Positions 16,170-26,000 of a stretch of 64,000 nucleotides of DNA are shown piece by piece (the stretch's first letter is position 1; every line of letters starts with the position of its first letter). The position numbers and the translations under genes were made by a program. Source of the DNA: Candidatus Polarisedimenticolia bacterium. Its GTDB lineage: Bacteria; Acidobacteriota; Polarisedimenticolia; Gp22-AA2. Location of the stretch: assembly GCA_036001465.1 (NCBI GenBank), contig DASYUH010000046.1:19993-83992 (forward strand), in the 5' to 3' direction. The notes below the pieces were generated by a model. It did no database searches. It was not told where the DNA came from and saw only the letters and a program-made list of their open reading frames with translations.

Positions 16170-17674
16170 GCCCGCCCGCTTCCCTCGATCAGCCGATCGG
16201 CGGCCGGTGGACCCCACGAGCCCGACGGGTAAATGAGGTCCTTCGTGAGCGGCATGGACTCCCACCGCTCGTGAATGGGATCCACGATCGCCCAGGCCTG
16301 GTCGATCCAGTCGGCCCGGGCGAAGAGCGTCTGATCGCCCTGCATCACCTCGCGCAGCAGCCAGGCATAGGCCCGCGGCGCATCCTCGAGCTCGAATGCC
16401 GTGGAGTAGAGAAAATTCATCCGGACCGGGCACATGGTGAGATCGGGCCCGGGCCGTTTCGCGGCGAAGACCTGGATGATGCCCTCCTGTGGCGCCAGCC
16501 GGAAGACCAGCAGGTTGCCCTGGAGCCGCGCGGGGTCGACCGGGAACATGAGGTGAGGCGTGGGCTTGAACTGGATGCAGATCTCGGTCAGCTTCCGTTC
16601 CATCCGCTTCCCGGTGCGGAGAAAAAAGGGGACTCCCTCCCAGCGCCAGTTGTCGAGAAACACACGGGCCCCGACGTAGGTCGGCGTCGGGGAGTCCCGC
16701 CCGATGCCTTGTTCCTGCCGGTAGCCCGGCACCGGCTCGGCACGAATCGCACCCGGCCCGTACTGTCCGCGAACGGCGTCCCGGTCGGGGTCCACCGGCC
16801 GCATCGAGCGCAGGACCTTCAGTGTCTCGTCCCGCAGGGAGGCCCCGTCGTAGTGGACCGGTGGCTCCATCGCCGTCATGCAGAGGAGCTGAAGCAGGTG
16901 GTTCTGCAGCATGTCCCGCACGACCCCGGCCTTCTCATAGAACGCCGCACGGGTCCCGATGCCGATCTCCTCCGCCACGGTGATCTGCACGTGATCGATG
17001 TAGTTGCGGTTCCAGATGGGCTCGAAGCTCGGATTGGCGAAGCGGAACACCAGCATGTTCTGCACCGTCTCCTTGCCGAGGAAGTGATCGATCCGGTAGA
17101 TCGACTCTTCGGGAAAGACCGCGCGCAGGCGCCGATCGAGCTCGCGGGCCGAGGTCCGATCGGCGCCGAACGGCTTCTCGACGACGAGGCGGCGCCAGCC
17201 ATCGCCCCGGTGCAGGCCGCATTGCGCCAGCTGCTCGACGATGGGACCGAAGTACTCGGACTGCGCGGCGAGGTGGAAGAACACGTTGTCGGGCGTGCCG
17301 TGTTCGGCCCGGACCTCGGCGATGCGCTGTGCGAGCCGATCGAAGGATGCCGGGTCGGCGAAGTCTCCAGACGTGAAGTGCAGGAGGCGGGCAAAGGCGG
17401 CCCAGACGGCGGGGTCCGGCGGGCCGGGACCGAAGGCCTCCCGCATCCGGGTTCTGAACTCCTCGTCGCTCCAGGCTCTTCGGGAGAATCCGATCACGGC
17501 GAACGGATCGGGCAGCAGGTGCTCGCGAAAGAGCTGATACAGGGATGGAATCAGCTCGCGCCGCGACAGATCGCCGCCGGCGCCGAAGATCACCGCGATG
17601 CTCGGCTCGGGCGGCGTGCCGGAATCGATGCCGGCGCACTGGACCTCGAGCGGGCGGTGCGACGCTTCAGGCAC
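16154..17674 (-). CDS. zwf: glucose-6-phosphate dehydrogenase
   Basis: IFGAGGDLSRRELIPSLY, RIDHFLGKETVQN, IDHVQITVAEEIG, RDMLQNHLLQLL. Confidence 0.95.
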   Translation of the reverse strand: MPEASHRPLEVQCAGIDSGTPPEPSIAVIFGAGGDLSRRELIPSLYQLFREHLLPDPFAVIGFSRRAWSDEEFRTRMREAFGPGPPDPAVWAAFARLLHFTSGDFADPASFDRLAQRIAEVRAEHGTPDNVFFHLAAQSEYFGPIVEQLAQCGLHRGDGWRRLVVEKPFGADRTSARELDRRLRAVFPEESIYRIDHFLGKETVQNMLVFRFANPSFEPIWNRNYIDHVQITVAEEIGIGTRAAFYEKAGVVRDMLQNHLLQLLCMTAMEPPVHYDGASLRDETLKVLRSMRPVDPDRDAVRGQYGPGAIRAEPVPGYRQEQGIGRDSPTPTYVGARVFLDNWRWEGVPFFLRTGKRMERKLTEICIQFKPTPHLMFPVDPARLQGNLLVFRLAPQEGIIQVFAAKRPGPDLTMCPVRMNFLYSTAFELEDAPRAYAWLLREVMQGDQTLFARADWIDQAWAIVDPIHERWESMPLTKDLIYPSGSWGPPAADRLIEGSGRAWRQI

Positions 17675-18566
17675 GCTTCACCGCGTGACCTCCAAACTGC
17701 TTCCTGAGGGCCGCGATCACCCGGGCGGAGAACCCGCCGATGTCGCGGCTGGAGAAGCGGGCGTAGACCGAGTCGGTGATCGCGGGAATCGGGATCGCCC
17801 TTCCGACGGCATACTCGATGGTCCAGCGCCCGGTTCCCGAGTCCTCCAGAACGGGGGCGATGTGCTCCAGCCGGGCTCCATCCTCCGCAAAGGCCTTGTC
17901 CATGAGTTCGAGCAGCCAGGAGCGCACGACGGACCCGTGCTGCCAGAGAGCCGCGACCTTGCGGAGGTCGATGCCGAACTCGGATCGCTCCAGGCACTCG
18001 AAGCCTTCGCCCAGCGCCTGGAGCATGCCGTATTCGATCGCGTTATGAATCATCTTGACGAAGTGACCCGCGCCGACCGGCCCGACGTGCGCGAACCCTC
18101 CGGGCTGGGTGAGGGCTGTCAGGACGGGAGCCAGCCGGGACACGGCCGCCGGCGGGCCGCCCGCCATGATGCAATAACCCTCGGCGAGCCCCCACACTCC
18201 ACCGCTGACCCCCGCGTCGATGAAGTCGATCCCGCGTCTCGAGCACTGTGCGGCGGCGGCGATGGAGCCCAGATAATGCGAGTTGCCGCCGTCGATGATG
18301 AGATCTCCGGCGGAGAGGAGGCCGGTGAGCGTTTCGATGGTCTGGACGGTGGGCGTCCCGTGCGGGAGCATGATCCACACCGCCCGCGGCGCCGGGAGCG
18401 CCTTGACCAGGTCCGCGGGCGAACCGGCGACCACCGCGCCGATCGTCCGGGCTTCCTCGAGATGCGCGGGGTCGGCGTCGTACGCCACAACAGCATGGCC
18501 GGCGTCGATGAGCCGCCTGGCCATGTGGCCGCCCATGCGGCCGAGGCCGATCAGGCCGAGTTGCAT
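17667..18566 (-). CDS. gnd: 6-phosphogluconate dehydrogenase, short (about 300 aa, YqeC-like) form
   Basis: MQLGLIGLGRMGGHMARRL...IIDGGNS...DAGVSGGVWG...GAGHFVKMIHNAIEYG. Overlaps the zwf start by 8 nt. Confidence 0.9.
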   Translation of the reverse strand: MQLGLIGLGRMGGHMARRLIDAGHAVVAYDADPAHLEEARTIGAVVAGSPADLVKALPAPRAVWIMLPHGTPTVQTIETLTGLLSAGDLIIDGGNSHYLGSIAAAAQCSRRGIDFIDAGVSGGVWGLAEGYCIMAGGPPAAVSRLAPVLTALTQPGGFAHVGPVGAGHFVKMIHNAIEYGMLQALGEGFECLERSEFGIDLRKVAALWQHGSVVRSWLLELMDKAFAEDGARLEHIAPVLEDSGTGRWTIEYAVGRAIPIPAITDSVYARFSSRDIGGFSARVIAALRKQFGGHAVKRA

Positions 18567-18805
18567 GAGGTCAATCCTCCCTGTTCAACGGTTCCTAGCG
18601 TCTCACACGACCTGCTTCTTCGACAAATGACTTCCATCGCGCGAGGGCATCAACCCGCTCCCGGGGGATGCAACCGGAGGCGCGTAGCGACCCAACGCGG
18701 GGCGTTTCACCTGGAGAGCCGCGCCGGAGAATCTGCGGTCGCGGGTGAGGCCGCCGACGTAGAATCTGCGCGCGCATCACTCGTTTCCGGGAGAAGGGGA
18801 GTCGC

Positions 18806-20422
18806 ATGCCTGGCAACAGATACGACGCCGTCGTCATCGGCGGCGGTCACAACGGACTGGTCGCCGCGGCCTACCTCGCCAAGTACGGCAGGAAGGTCGT
18901 CGTCCTGGAGGCGAGGCACAAGACCGGCGGCGCGGCGGACACGTCGCAGCCGTGGCCCGAGGCCCCCGAGTTCAAGGTCACGACGCTGTCGTACACGATG
19001 AGCCTGATGCCGCCCTACATCGTCAACGATCTCGGGCTGAGGAAGCACGGCTACAAGATCAACCCGCTCGGGATGGGATACCTGCCGCACCCCGACGGCC
19101 GCTCGATCATCGACAGCGGCACCAACCCGGCGACCTACACCTCGTACGGCCAGTTCTCCAAGAAAGACGGCGAGCGGATCGGCCCTTACTACGAGTGGAT
19201 CGGGCGCATTGCCTCGATCATGCACCCGATGCTCGACCACACGCCGCCGCATCTCGGCTCGCTCAAGCTCAAGGACATCAAGGACGTGGCGAAGCTGGCC
19301 TGGTCCCTCAAGAAGCGTGGCGCGATCGACGAGCGGACGGTCGCCGACATCACGCGCCTGTTCACCATGAGCTGCGCCGACCTGCTCGACCGCTGGTTCG
19401 AGAGCCCCGTCGTCAAGGGGATGCTGTCGATCAACGGCATCATCGGGACCTGGGCCGGGCCGTTCGCCACCGGCACCGCCTATGTGCTGATGCACCACTC
19501 GACCGGCCAGGAGACCGAGGGGCAGGTGGCCTCGTGGGGGATGCCGGAAGGGGGGATGGGAGCCGTGGCCGACGCGATCCGGCGCGCCGCGGAGGGGTTC
19601 GGCGCCGAGGTCCGGGTCAACGCTCCCGTGGAGAAGGTCCTGATCCAGGGGGGCCGTGTCACCGGGGTGGTGATCCAGGGGGGCGAGGAGATCACGGCCC
19701 CGCTCGCGGTCACCACCTGCCACCCGCAGATCACGTTTCTTCGACAGATCGAGAAGAAGGAGCTGCCGTCCGAATTTGTCTCCGACATCGAGAACTGGCG
19801 GTCGCGCTCGGGGACCGTGAAGATCAATCTGGCGCTGGCGGAGCTTCCGGAGTTCACCGCCAATCCCGGCTTCAATCCGGACGTGCATGGCGGCGCGATC
19901 TCCATCCTCGACGACATCGACTATCTCGAGCGCGCCTTCCAGGACGCGCGCGCCGGCAGGCCGGCGGCGCGGCCGTTCTCGGACTGCGAGATCCCGACGG
20001 TATTCGACACGACCCTGGCGCCCCCGGGGCGCCACATCATGTCGATGTTCACCCAGTGGGTGCCGGAGACCTGGAGCCGCGAGCCGCACCGCGCCGAGCT
20101 CGAGGCCTACGCCGACCGGCTGATCGACCGCTTCAACCGGGTGGCGCCGAACTTCAAGGGATCGATCCTGCACCGGCAGATCATCGGCCCGTACGACATG
20201 GAGCACGAGTACCACATCCTCGGCGGCAACATTTTCCACGGCGAGCTGACCGTCGATCAGCTCTTCCACCTGCGCCCCGCCGTCGGCTACGCCGACTATC
20301 GCACTCCGATCCGCGGTCTGTACCAGGCGTCGTCGGCCACCCACGCGGGCGGCGGCGTCAACGGCCTGCCCGCCCACCACGCCGTGCGCGAGATGCTCAA
20401 GGATGGCGCGTTCAGGTCCTGA
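18806..20422 (+). CDS. phytoene-desaturase-family NAD(P)/FAD-dependent oxidoreductase
   Basis: YDAVVIGGGHNGLVAAAYLAKYGRKVVVLEARHKTGGAA... and C-terminal GLYQASSATHAGGGVNG. Confidence 0.85.
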   Translation: MPGNRYDAVVIGGGHNGLVAAAYLAKYGRKVVVLEARHKTGGAADTSQPWPEAPEFKVTTLSYTMSLMPPYIVNDLGLRKHGYKINPLGMGYLPHPDGRSIIDSGTNPATYTSYGQFSKKDGERIGPYYEWIGRIASIMHPMLDHTPPHLGSLKLKDIKDVAKLAWSLKKRGAIDERTVADITRLFTMSCADLLDRWFESPVVKGMLSINGIIGTWAGPFATGTAYVLMHHSTGQETEGQVASWGMPEGGMGAVADAIRRAAEGFGAEVRVNAPVEKVLIQGGRVTGVVIQGGEEITAPLAVTTCHPQITFLRQIEKKELPSEFVSDIENWRSRSGTVKINLALAELPEFTANPGFNPDVHGGAISILDDIDYLERAFQDARAGRPAARPFSDCEIPTVFDTTLAPPGRHIMSMFTQWVPETWSREPHRAELEAYADRLIDRFNRVAPNFKGSILHRQIIGPYDMEHEYHILGGNIFHGELTVDQLFHLRPAVGYADYRTPIRGLYQASSATHAGGGVNGLPAHHAVREMLKDGAFRS

Positions 20423-20476
20423 CGCCGGCCGCGCGGCGTCGAGGGGCCGGAGCCGGTGTGGCAGGTGATCGCGGTT

Positions 20477-21400
20477 CTACACACTCCGCGACATCCGGGA
20501 GGTCCGACGGAATCCGCGCGGGCTGGCGCCGAATTCGGCGCGGAAGGCGTGATTGAAGTTCGAGACATCGCCGAAGCCGGAATCGAAGGCGGCGTCGACG
20601 ACTCGCACGGGCTCGGCCGCCAGCCGCGTCGCGGCCTCCCGCAGGCGCATGCGCAGGACATAGCGGTGAGGCGTCACGCCGGTCAGCCGCTGGAAGGTGC
20701 GCAGGAAGTGGTACGGGCTCAGGCGCGCCTCACGCGCCAGCGCCGCGAGCGACAGGCCGTCGCCGGGATCGCGCTCGATCCGGCGCACGGCCCGGGTCAC
20801 CCGCGCTGTCGCCGCGGGGGAGACGTCGCGCGTCGAGGGAGTGAAGCCGGCGGCGAGCTGCACCGTCCGCGCGGCCATCTCGACACTCAGCTCCTCCCAC
20901 GAGACGTTCACCATTCCGGTCAGGCCGGCCTGGGCCCGCGCCACGAGCGGCGACATCGGGCGCAGGGGGGGCAGCCGCAGGGCGCGGAACCCCGGCCGCA
21001 CGCCGCAGGCCCGCGGCGCAAGGGACCCGCCGGCGGCATCCATCGCGAGACTCTCGAAGTAGTCCGGGTCGTAGTGGAACGACAGGCAGCGGTCCCCCGG
21101 GCCGTGCTCGTGAGCGCACTCGAAGGACTGACCGGCGTTCCCCAGCATGAGCGATCCGGGGGTCATCAGCTCGCGACCCCCCGCCGAGCGGTACTGGAAC
21201 GTGCCGGCGGTCACCAGGGCGATGGCGACACTCGCGCGCCGCTCCTCGAACGGTCGATCAGGGGGGCCGAACGTGCAGATCACGTCCCCCACCCCCCAGC
21301 CCTCTCCCTGGGCGAGCCACCGTGTCGTGGTGCGGCCGGGACACCCCTCGAGCATCCGTCGAGCCAGCGCCTTCTCCAGATCGACCGCAATTTTCGCCAA
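20477..21400 (-). CDS. AraC-family transcriptional regulator (cupin-like N-domain plus HTH_18)
   Basis: C-terminal LSLAALAREARLSPYHFLRTFQRLTGVTPHRYVLRMRLREAATRL...FGDVSNFNHAFRAEFGASP. Confidence 0.9.
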   Translation of the reverse strand: MAKIAVDLEKALARRMLEGCPGRTTTRWLAQGEGWGVGDVICTFGPPDRPFEERRASVAIALVTAGTFQYRSAGGRELMTPGSLMLGNAGQSFECAHEHGPGDRCLSFHYDPDYFESLAMDAAGGSLAPRACGVRPGFRALRLPPLRPMSPLVARAQAGLTGMVNVSWEELSVEMAARTVQLAAGFTPSTRDVSPAATARVTRAVRRIERDPGDGLSLAALAREARLSPYHFLRTFQRLTGVTPHRYVLRMRLREAATRLAAEPVRVVDAAFDSGFGDVSNFNHAFRAEFGASPRGFRRTSRMSRSV

Positions 21401-21464
21401 GATCCGCGCCTCCCCGCTGGCGTATAAGCCTTACAGCATACCGGATTCGAGAGGAGGAGCCGAG

Positions 21465-21848
21465 ATGTACGACCACGTTTCGCTGAAGGTGAAGGACGGT
21501 GCCAGAAGCCGCAGGTTCTTCCAGCGGGCCCTCGCCCCCCTGGGGTACAAGGTGATCGACGAGTCCGACGGGGGCGCGGGGTTCGGGGCGGAGGACAAAT
21601 CGGCGCTCTGGATCGCGCAGGGCCAGCCGCACGAGCCCGCGCTGCACCTGGCGTTCGCCTCCGCCGATCGGGCGGGGGTCGACGCCTTCCACAAGGCGGC
21701 GCTGGACGCGGGGGGGCGGGACAACGGGCGTCCCGGGATCCGCGAGAGCTACGGGCCGAGCTACTACGCGGCGTTCGTCCTGGACCCCGACGGCAACAAC
21801 ATCGAGGCGGTCTGCCAGAAGACCGAAGGTTCGAAGAAGGGGCGCTGA
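21465..21848 (+). CDS. VOC (glyoxalase/bleomycin-resistance fold) family protein
   Basis: MYDHVSLKVKD...SRRFFQRALAPLGY...HLAFASADRAGVDAFHKAALDAGG...YYAAFVLDPDGNNIEAV. GAGGAGGAG RBS. Divergent from the AraC gene. Confidence 0.85.
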   Translation: MYDHVSLKVKDGARSRRFFQRALAPLGYKVIDESDGGAGFGAEDKSALWIAQGQPHEPALHLAFASADRAGVDAFHKAALDAGGRDNGRPGIRESYGPSYYAAFVLDPDGNNIEAVCQKTEGSKKGR

Positions 21849-21864
21849 GCCGTTCTGCGGAGGG

Positions 21865-21888
21865 GGCGCGCGGAGGTCGACGCGCGCC
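21865..21888 (+). terminator. hairpin after the VOC gene
   Basis: GGCGCGCG-gaggtcga-CGCGCGCC, an 8-bp stem, followed by the pyrimidine/T-containing tccttccgtcgattcc. Confidence 0.4.
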
Positions 21889-21986
21889 TCCTTCCGTCGA
21901 TTCCGCTCCGAACATCGCTGTAGCACGCCGCCCGGATCTGCGTATATTCCCCCCGCATCCGCACAGATCAGGAGGCCGGGGGGGAA

Positions 21987-22913
21987 ATGCGAGCGACGAA
22001 GCGAGGGGCGGGGATGGCCATCGCGCTGCTCGCCTGGATGCCCCTGCCGGTCCTACCCCAGACGACCTCGACGGAGATCGACCTCAGCCTGAGGCACGGC
22101 CCCGGTCCTTCCGACGTGACGCTCGAGTGGACCGGGGGACTGCCGACCTTCGAGATCTTCAGGTCGGCCGATCCGAAGGCGGTCTGCGATGCCGGCGGCT
22201 CGCTGGGGGTCACCGACGAGCGCACGTGGTTCGACCTTGCGCCCCCGGGGACCGTCTTCTACCGGGTGCACAGCGCCGCGGCGGTCGAGCCGCCCGAGAC
22301 GTGCAATGGGGCGGACGACGACTGCAACGGCATCTCCGATGACGGCGCCCTCGGTTGCAACGCCGCCCTGTGCGAGAGCTGCGTGGGGGGCGCGTGCCGG
22401 AGCCGGTGCGGCGCCTGCGAGGACTGCGTCAACGGGACCTGCCAGACACGCTGCGGTTCCTGCCAGGCGTGTCTCAACGGAACATGCGCTCCTTGCGACG
22501 CGGCCCCATGCCAGACCTGCGTGGGCGGCGTCTGCCAGGGGACCTGCGACGAGACCCAGTGTCTCGTCTGCGGGCCAGGCGGCACCTGCGTCAGCTCCTG
22601 CGCCGCCTGCGAGACCTGTCTCGGCGGGCTGTGCTTGGACTCCTGCGATCGCGACCAGTGTCTGAGCTGCCAGTCGGGAGTGTGCAAGCCGTTCTGCGAT
22701 CCGGTGTGCCAGACCTGCACGCCGCAGGGCTGCCGGGACACCTGCGGCGCTTGCCAGCGCTGCGCGGGGGGCGCCTGTCACAGCCTGTGCAGCCCGGACG
22801 CCTGCGAGGAGTGCGTGGACGGCATGTGCCGCAGCCGGTGCGCCGCGGGCGAAACCTGCGTGGGTGGAGTCTGCGGGGGAGCCGGGGCGTCGTTCAGCCC
22901 GGCCGGCTACTGA
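21987..22913 (+). CDS. secreted Cys-rich repeat protein: N-terminal beta domain, one MopE-like CNGxDDDC motif, 11 tandem four-Cys repeats
   Basis: Signal peptide; ETCNGADDDCNGISDDG; then CESCVGGACRSR / CGACEDCVNGTCQTR / CGSCQACLNGTCAP / CDAAPCQTCVGGVCQGT / CDETQCLVCGPGGTCVSS / CAACETCLGGLCLDS / CDRDQCLSCQSGVCKPF / CDPVCQTCTPQGCRDT / CGACQRCAGGACHSL / CSPDACEECVDGMCRSR / CAAGETCVGGVCGG. Confidence 0.75.
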   Translation: MRATKRGAGMAIALLAWMPLPVLPQTTSTEIDLSLRHGPGPSDVTLEWTGGLPTFEIFRSADPKAVCDAGGSLGVTDERTWFDLAPPGTVFYRVHSAAAVEPPETCNGADDDCNGISDDGALGCNAALCESCVGGACRSRCGACEDCVNGTCQTRCGSCQACLNGTCAPCDAAPCQTCVGGVCQGTCDETQCLVCGPGGTCVSSCAACETCLGGLCLDSCDRDQCLSCQSGVCKPFCDPVCQTCTPQGCRDTCGACQRCAGGACHSLCSPDACEECVDGMCRSRCAAGETCVGGVCGGAGASFSPAGY

Positions 22914-22918
22914 AAATC

Positions 22919-22967
22919 AGGCCGGCGGCCTTCGTCACCGAGTGTCCGTGACGGAGGCCGCCGGCCT
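22919..22967. terminator. strong bidirectional terminator hairpin
   Basis: AGGCCGGCGGCCTTCGTCAC-cgagtgtcc-GTGACGGAGGCCGCCGGCCT forms a 20-bp stem with one G-U pair. On the reverse strand it is followed by GATTTTCAG, giving a U-tract for the S8 protease transcript. Confidence 0.65.
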
Positions 22968-23052
22968 CATTCAGACAAGAACCTGATCACAACCAGGGCG
23001 TTGCGGGGGCGGCCCGGGGCCCGACGGCCCCGGTGCCGCTCCCGCCCCGCCT

Positions 23053-26000
23053 TCAGTGCACCATGATGATGGCTGCTTCGCGCTCGGACTTCGAGTCCCG
23101 CAGCATCAGCAACAGTCCGGTCTGCGACGGCGACGCCACATCGCCGCCGGGAATGGCGTCGATGGTGAGCGTGCTGCTGCCGCCGGCCGGAACGCCGGCC
23201 GCGGGAACGCCCGATCCGACGAAGCGCGGGGTTCCGAGCGTCAGCGTCTTGCCCTCGATGGCGTCGGTCAGGGCGCCCGTGAAGTAGTTGTCGAAGGCGT
23301 AGAACGAGGCGTCGAACTGCGTTCCCGGGGTGAGCCCGAGGTTCGCGAGAGGCGCCGTCAGGATGGCGTTCCCCGAGTCGAGGTCGGCGTCGGTGAAGAA
23401 GAAGATCGACGTGGCCCCCGTGGCGATGTTGAACACGGCCGTGACGTTCTGCCCGGAGGAGGCGAAGGTGCCGTTCTCGCGGTTGAACACGACGAAGTCC
23501 GGGTTCCCGTCACGGTTGTTGTCGATGTACACGTCGAACTCGGCCGGGTAGTTCGGATGCGCCCGCGTTCCGAAGGTGTTGATCGCGAACTGCACGCCGA
23601 AAGCCCCCCCGCCGATCCCGACGAGACGCGCCCCGACCGCTCTCAGATCGACGATCTCGAAGTTCTCCCCGGGATTGGGCAGGAACGGATTGGGAATCTT
23701 GCCGCTCGTCCCCAGCAATGAGAAGACGTCGAGGCGCCCGTCGACGACGCCCGTTGCGTTGCTCAGCCCGAGGGTCCCCGTGCCGCCGACGAGCGTGACA
23801 TCGTGGGCCGCGGGCGTCACGCCCGCCGAGCGGTGCGGCAGGATGTGCCAGGCCAGGTGGGCGCCGTCGGTCGCATCGGCGATGTCGATGTAGCCGTCGA
23901 ACTCGACCCCCTGCAGCCTGAAGCCGTCGCCGCCCCGGCTGCCGCCGTTGAGCGTCCAGACGGGCAGCTTGGTGGGATCGACGCTCAGCTTCACCTTGAA
24001 GGTGGCGCTGCCGTTCCCCGGCACGACGATGCTCGCAGGGGCGCTCAGGGTCACCGCACCGCCCGCCGCGTCGTCCGCGTAACGGAACGAGGGCGTGATC
24101 GAGTACGTGCGCGCGGTGCCAGCGTAATTGCGCACCCGCACCGTCTTGTTGAGATCCTTGGACGAGCTGGCCTGCAGGTAGCCGAACGACAGGCTGCCGC
24201 CGGTTCCGCCGTCGTCCCAGGCCGCCGTCGTGCTGTCGGCCGCCCGGTTCACGCGCACCTCGCCGCCGCCGATCCGGGTGATCGGCGCCAGGACGCCGGG
24301 CTGGGTGGCCGGGTTGATCAGGACGTTCCGCTCGGCGGTGTTCATCAGCACCGACTTGATCTCGAGCGGGGTGCGCGTCGGGTACTTCTGGAGCAGGAGG
24401 GCCGCCGATCCCGCAACCATCGGAGAAGCCCCGGAGGTCCCGCCGAAGACCGATGCGCCCGTTCCCGAGCCGGCCTCGCACGAGACGGAGGCGCCGGGCG
24501 CCCCGATGTCCGGCTTGATCGCCTGCTGGCTGACGTTGGGACCGCGCGACGAGGAGCTCACCATGCTCCCCGCGAGCGAAAAGGTGTTCGCGGGTGACAC
24601 GGTGACGACGACCGGCGCGGTGATGTTCGCCTTGATCAGGTTGGACGTGGCCTGCGTGATCACCAGCGTCGGCACGAACGTGTCCCCTCCGCCGAAGGAG
24701 AAGGAGACCGCGTCTCCCGCCGCGACGAGGCCGATCAGCACGCCGACGGCACCCGCTTTCGCGGCCCGGTCGACCTTGAGGCTGATGTTGCACGCCCCGC
24801 GATCGATCAGCGCGACCTTGCCGGCCGGATCGGCGAGATAGGGATCTCCGCCAACGGGCACGGGGGCCGGCGACCCGACGGGGCAGCCACGGCCGACGAA
24901 GGCCACGGGCACGCTCGTGAAGCCGGCGCCAATCGGGGCCCAGTCCACGGTCGCGGTGTTCGGATAGGTCCCGGCGATGTTCGCCGGCGAATTGATCACC
25001 AGCGGGAAGACGGTGGCGCTCGGGACCTGGGTCTGCGCCGTGCCGATCACCTCGGGGGCCGACCCCGGGGAGCCGGTGATGTACGGCCGGTCGGCGCTGT
25101 TGCCCGCCGAGCAGGCCACCACGACTCCGGCGCGCACCACGTTGGCCGCCGCCTCGGACGTGTCGTCCTCCGCCTGTCCGTAGGGGGAGCCGATCGACAT
25201 GTTCAGCACGTCCACGGCGTCGGACATATCGCCATCGCCATCAGGATCGAGGGCAAAATCCATCCCCATGAGCATGGCAAGACCGCTGCAGGAGGTCGAC
25301 ACGCTGCTGCAGACCTTCACGGCGTACAGGCTGGCCCCCGGAGCAACCCCCTTGTGGGATCCACCATTGTTGCCGCCGATGATGTCGGCGACGTGGCTGC
25401 CGTGGCTGCCGGCGCAGGGGGCGGGGATGGCCGCTGGCCCGCAGTCGATCGGGTCGGGGTCGCCGACGAGGCAGGCCCTGGGCGTGCCGTCGGGGTTCAG
25501 GCCGCAGCGAGCGGGGTCCGGCGTGGGCCACACTTCGCCCACGAAGTCGGTCCCGCCGATGACCTTCGCCGTCGGGAACAGACCGTCCGTCGTGGTGTTG
25601 CGCGGATCGGAGGTCGTCGTGCCGTAGGCATCGGTGTAGGCCGCCGCCGTCCCGGGGCCGCCGAAGAAGGCGTGCGTGTAGTCGATCCCCGAATCCAGGA
25701 CCGCGACCCGGACGCCCGTTCCGTCGACCCCCGCGGCCTGGACCGCCGCCGCGCCGATGTACGGCACCGTCTCGCTGAGATCGAGCTGGAAGTTCAGAAG
25801 GGGGCGGATCGACCGGATGCCGGGCAGCTCCGCGATGGCCCGAAGCCTCGATGCGTCGACCGCGACGGCGATGGCGTTATCCGCCTTGCTGACGCGCCCC
25901 AGCTCGCGGCCGCCGAGGGCGCGGATCCGTCCCATCAGCGCATCCTGCTTCCCTTTCAGTTCACGCAGGTACGCTCTCTGCTCGGACGGGCTCAGCGCGC

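Noticed and set aside
22350-22870. Periodic DNA repeats (Cys-repeat region here, and the TP tract at 9589-9687) as possible CRISPR arrays or other non-coding arrays.
   Set aside because: Both lie inside long open reading frames, with periodicity in multiples of 3 (about 45-51 bp and 6 bp). The repeats are divergent at third positions, there are no spacer-like unique segments, and no cas genes are present.
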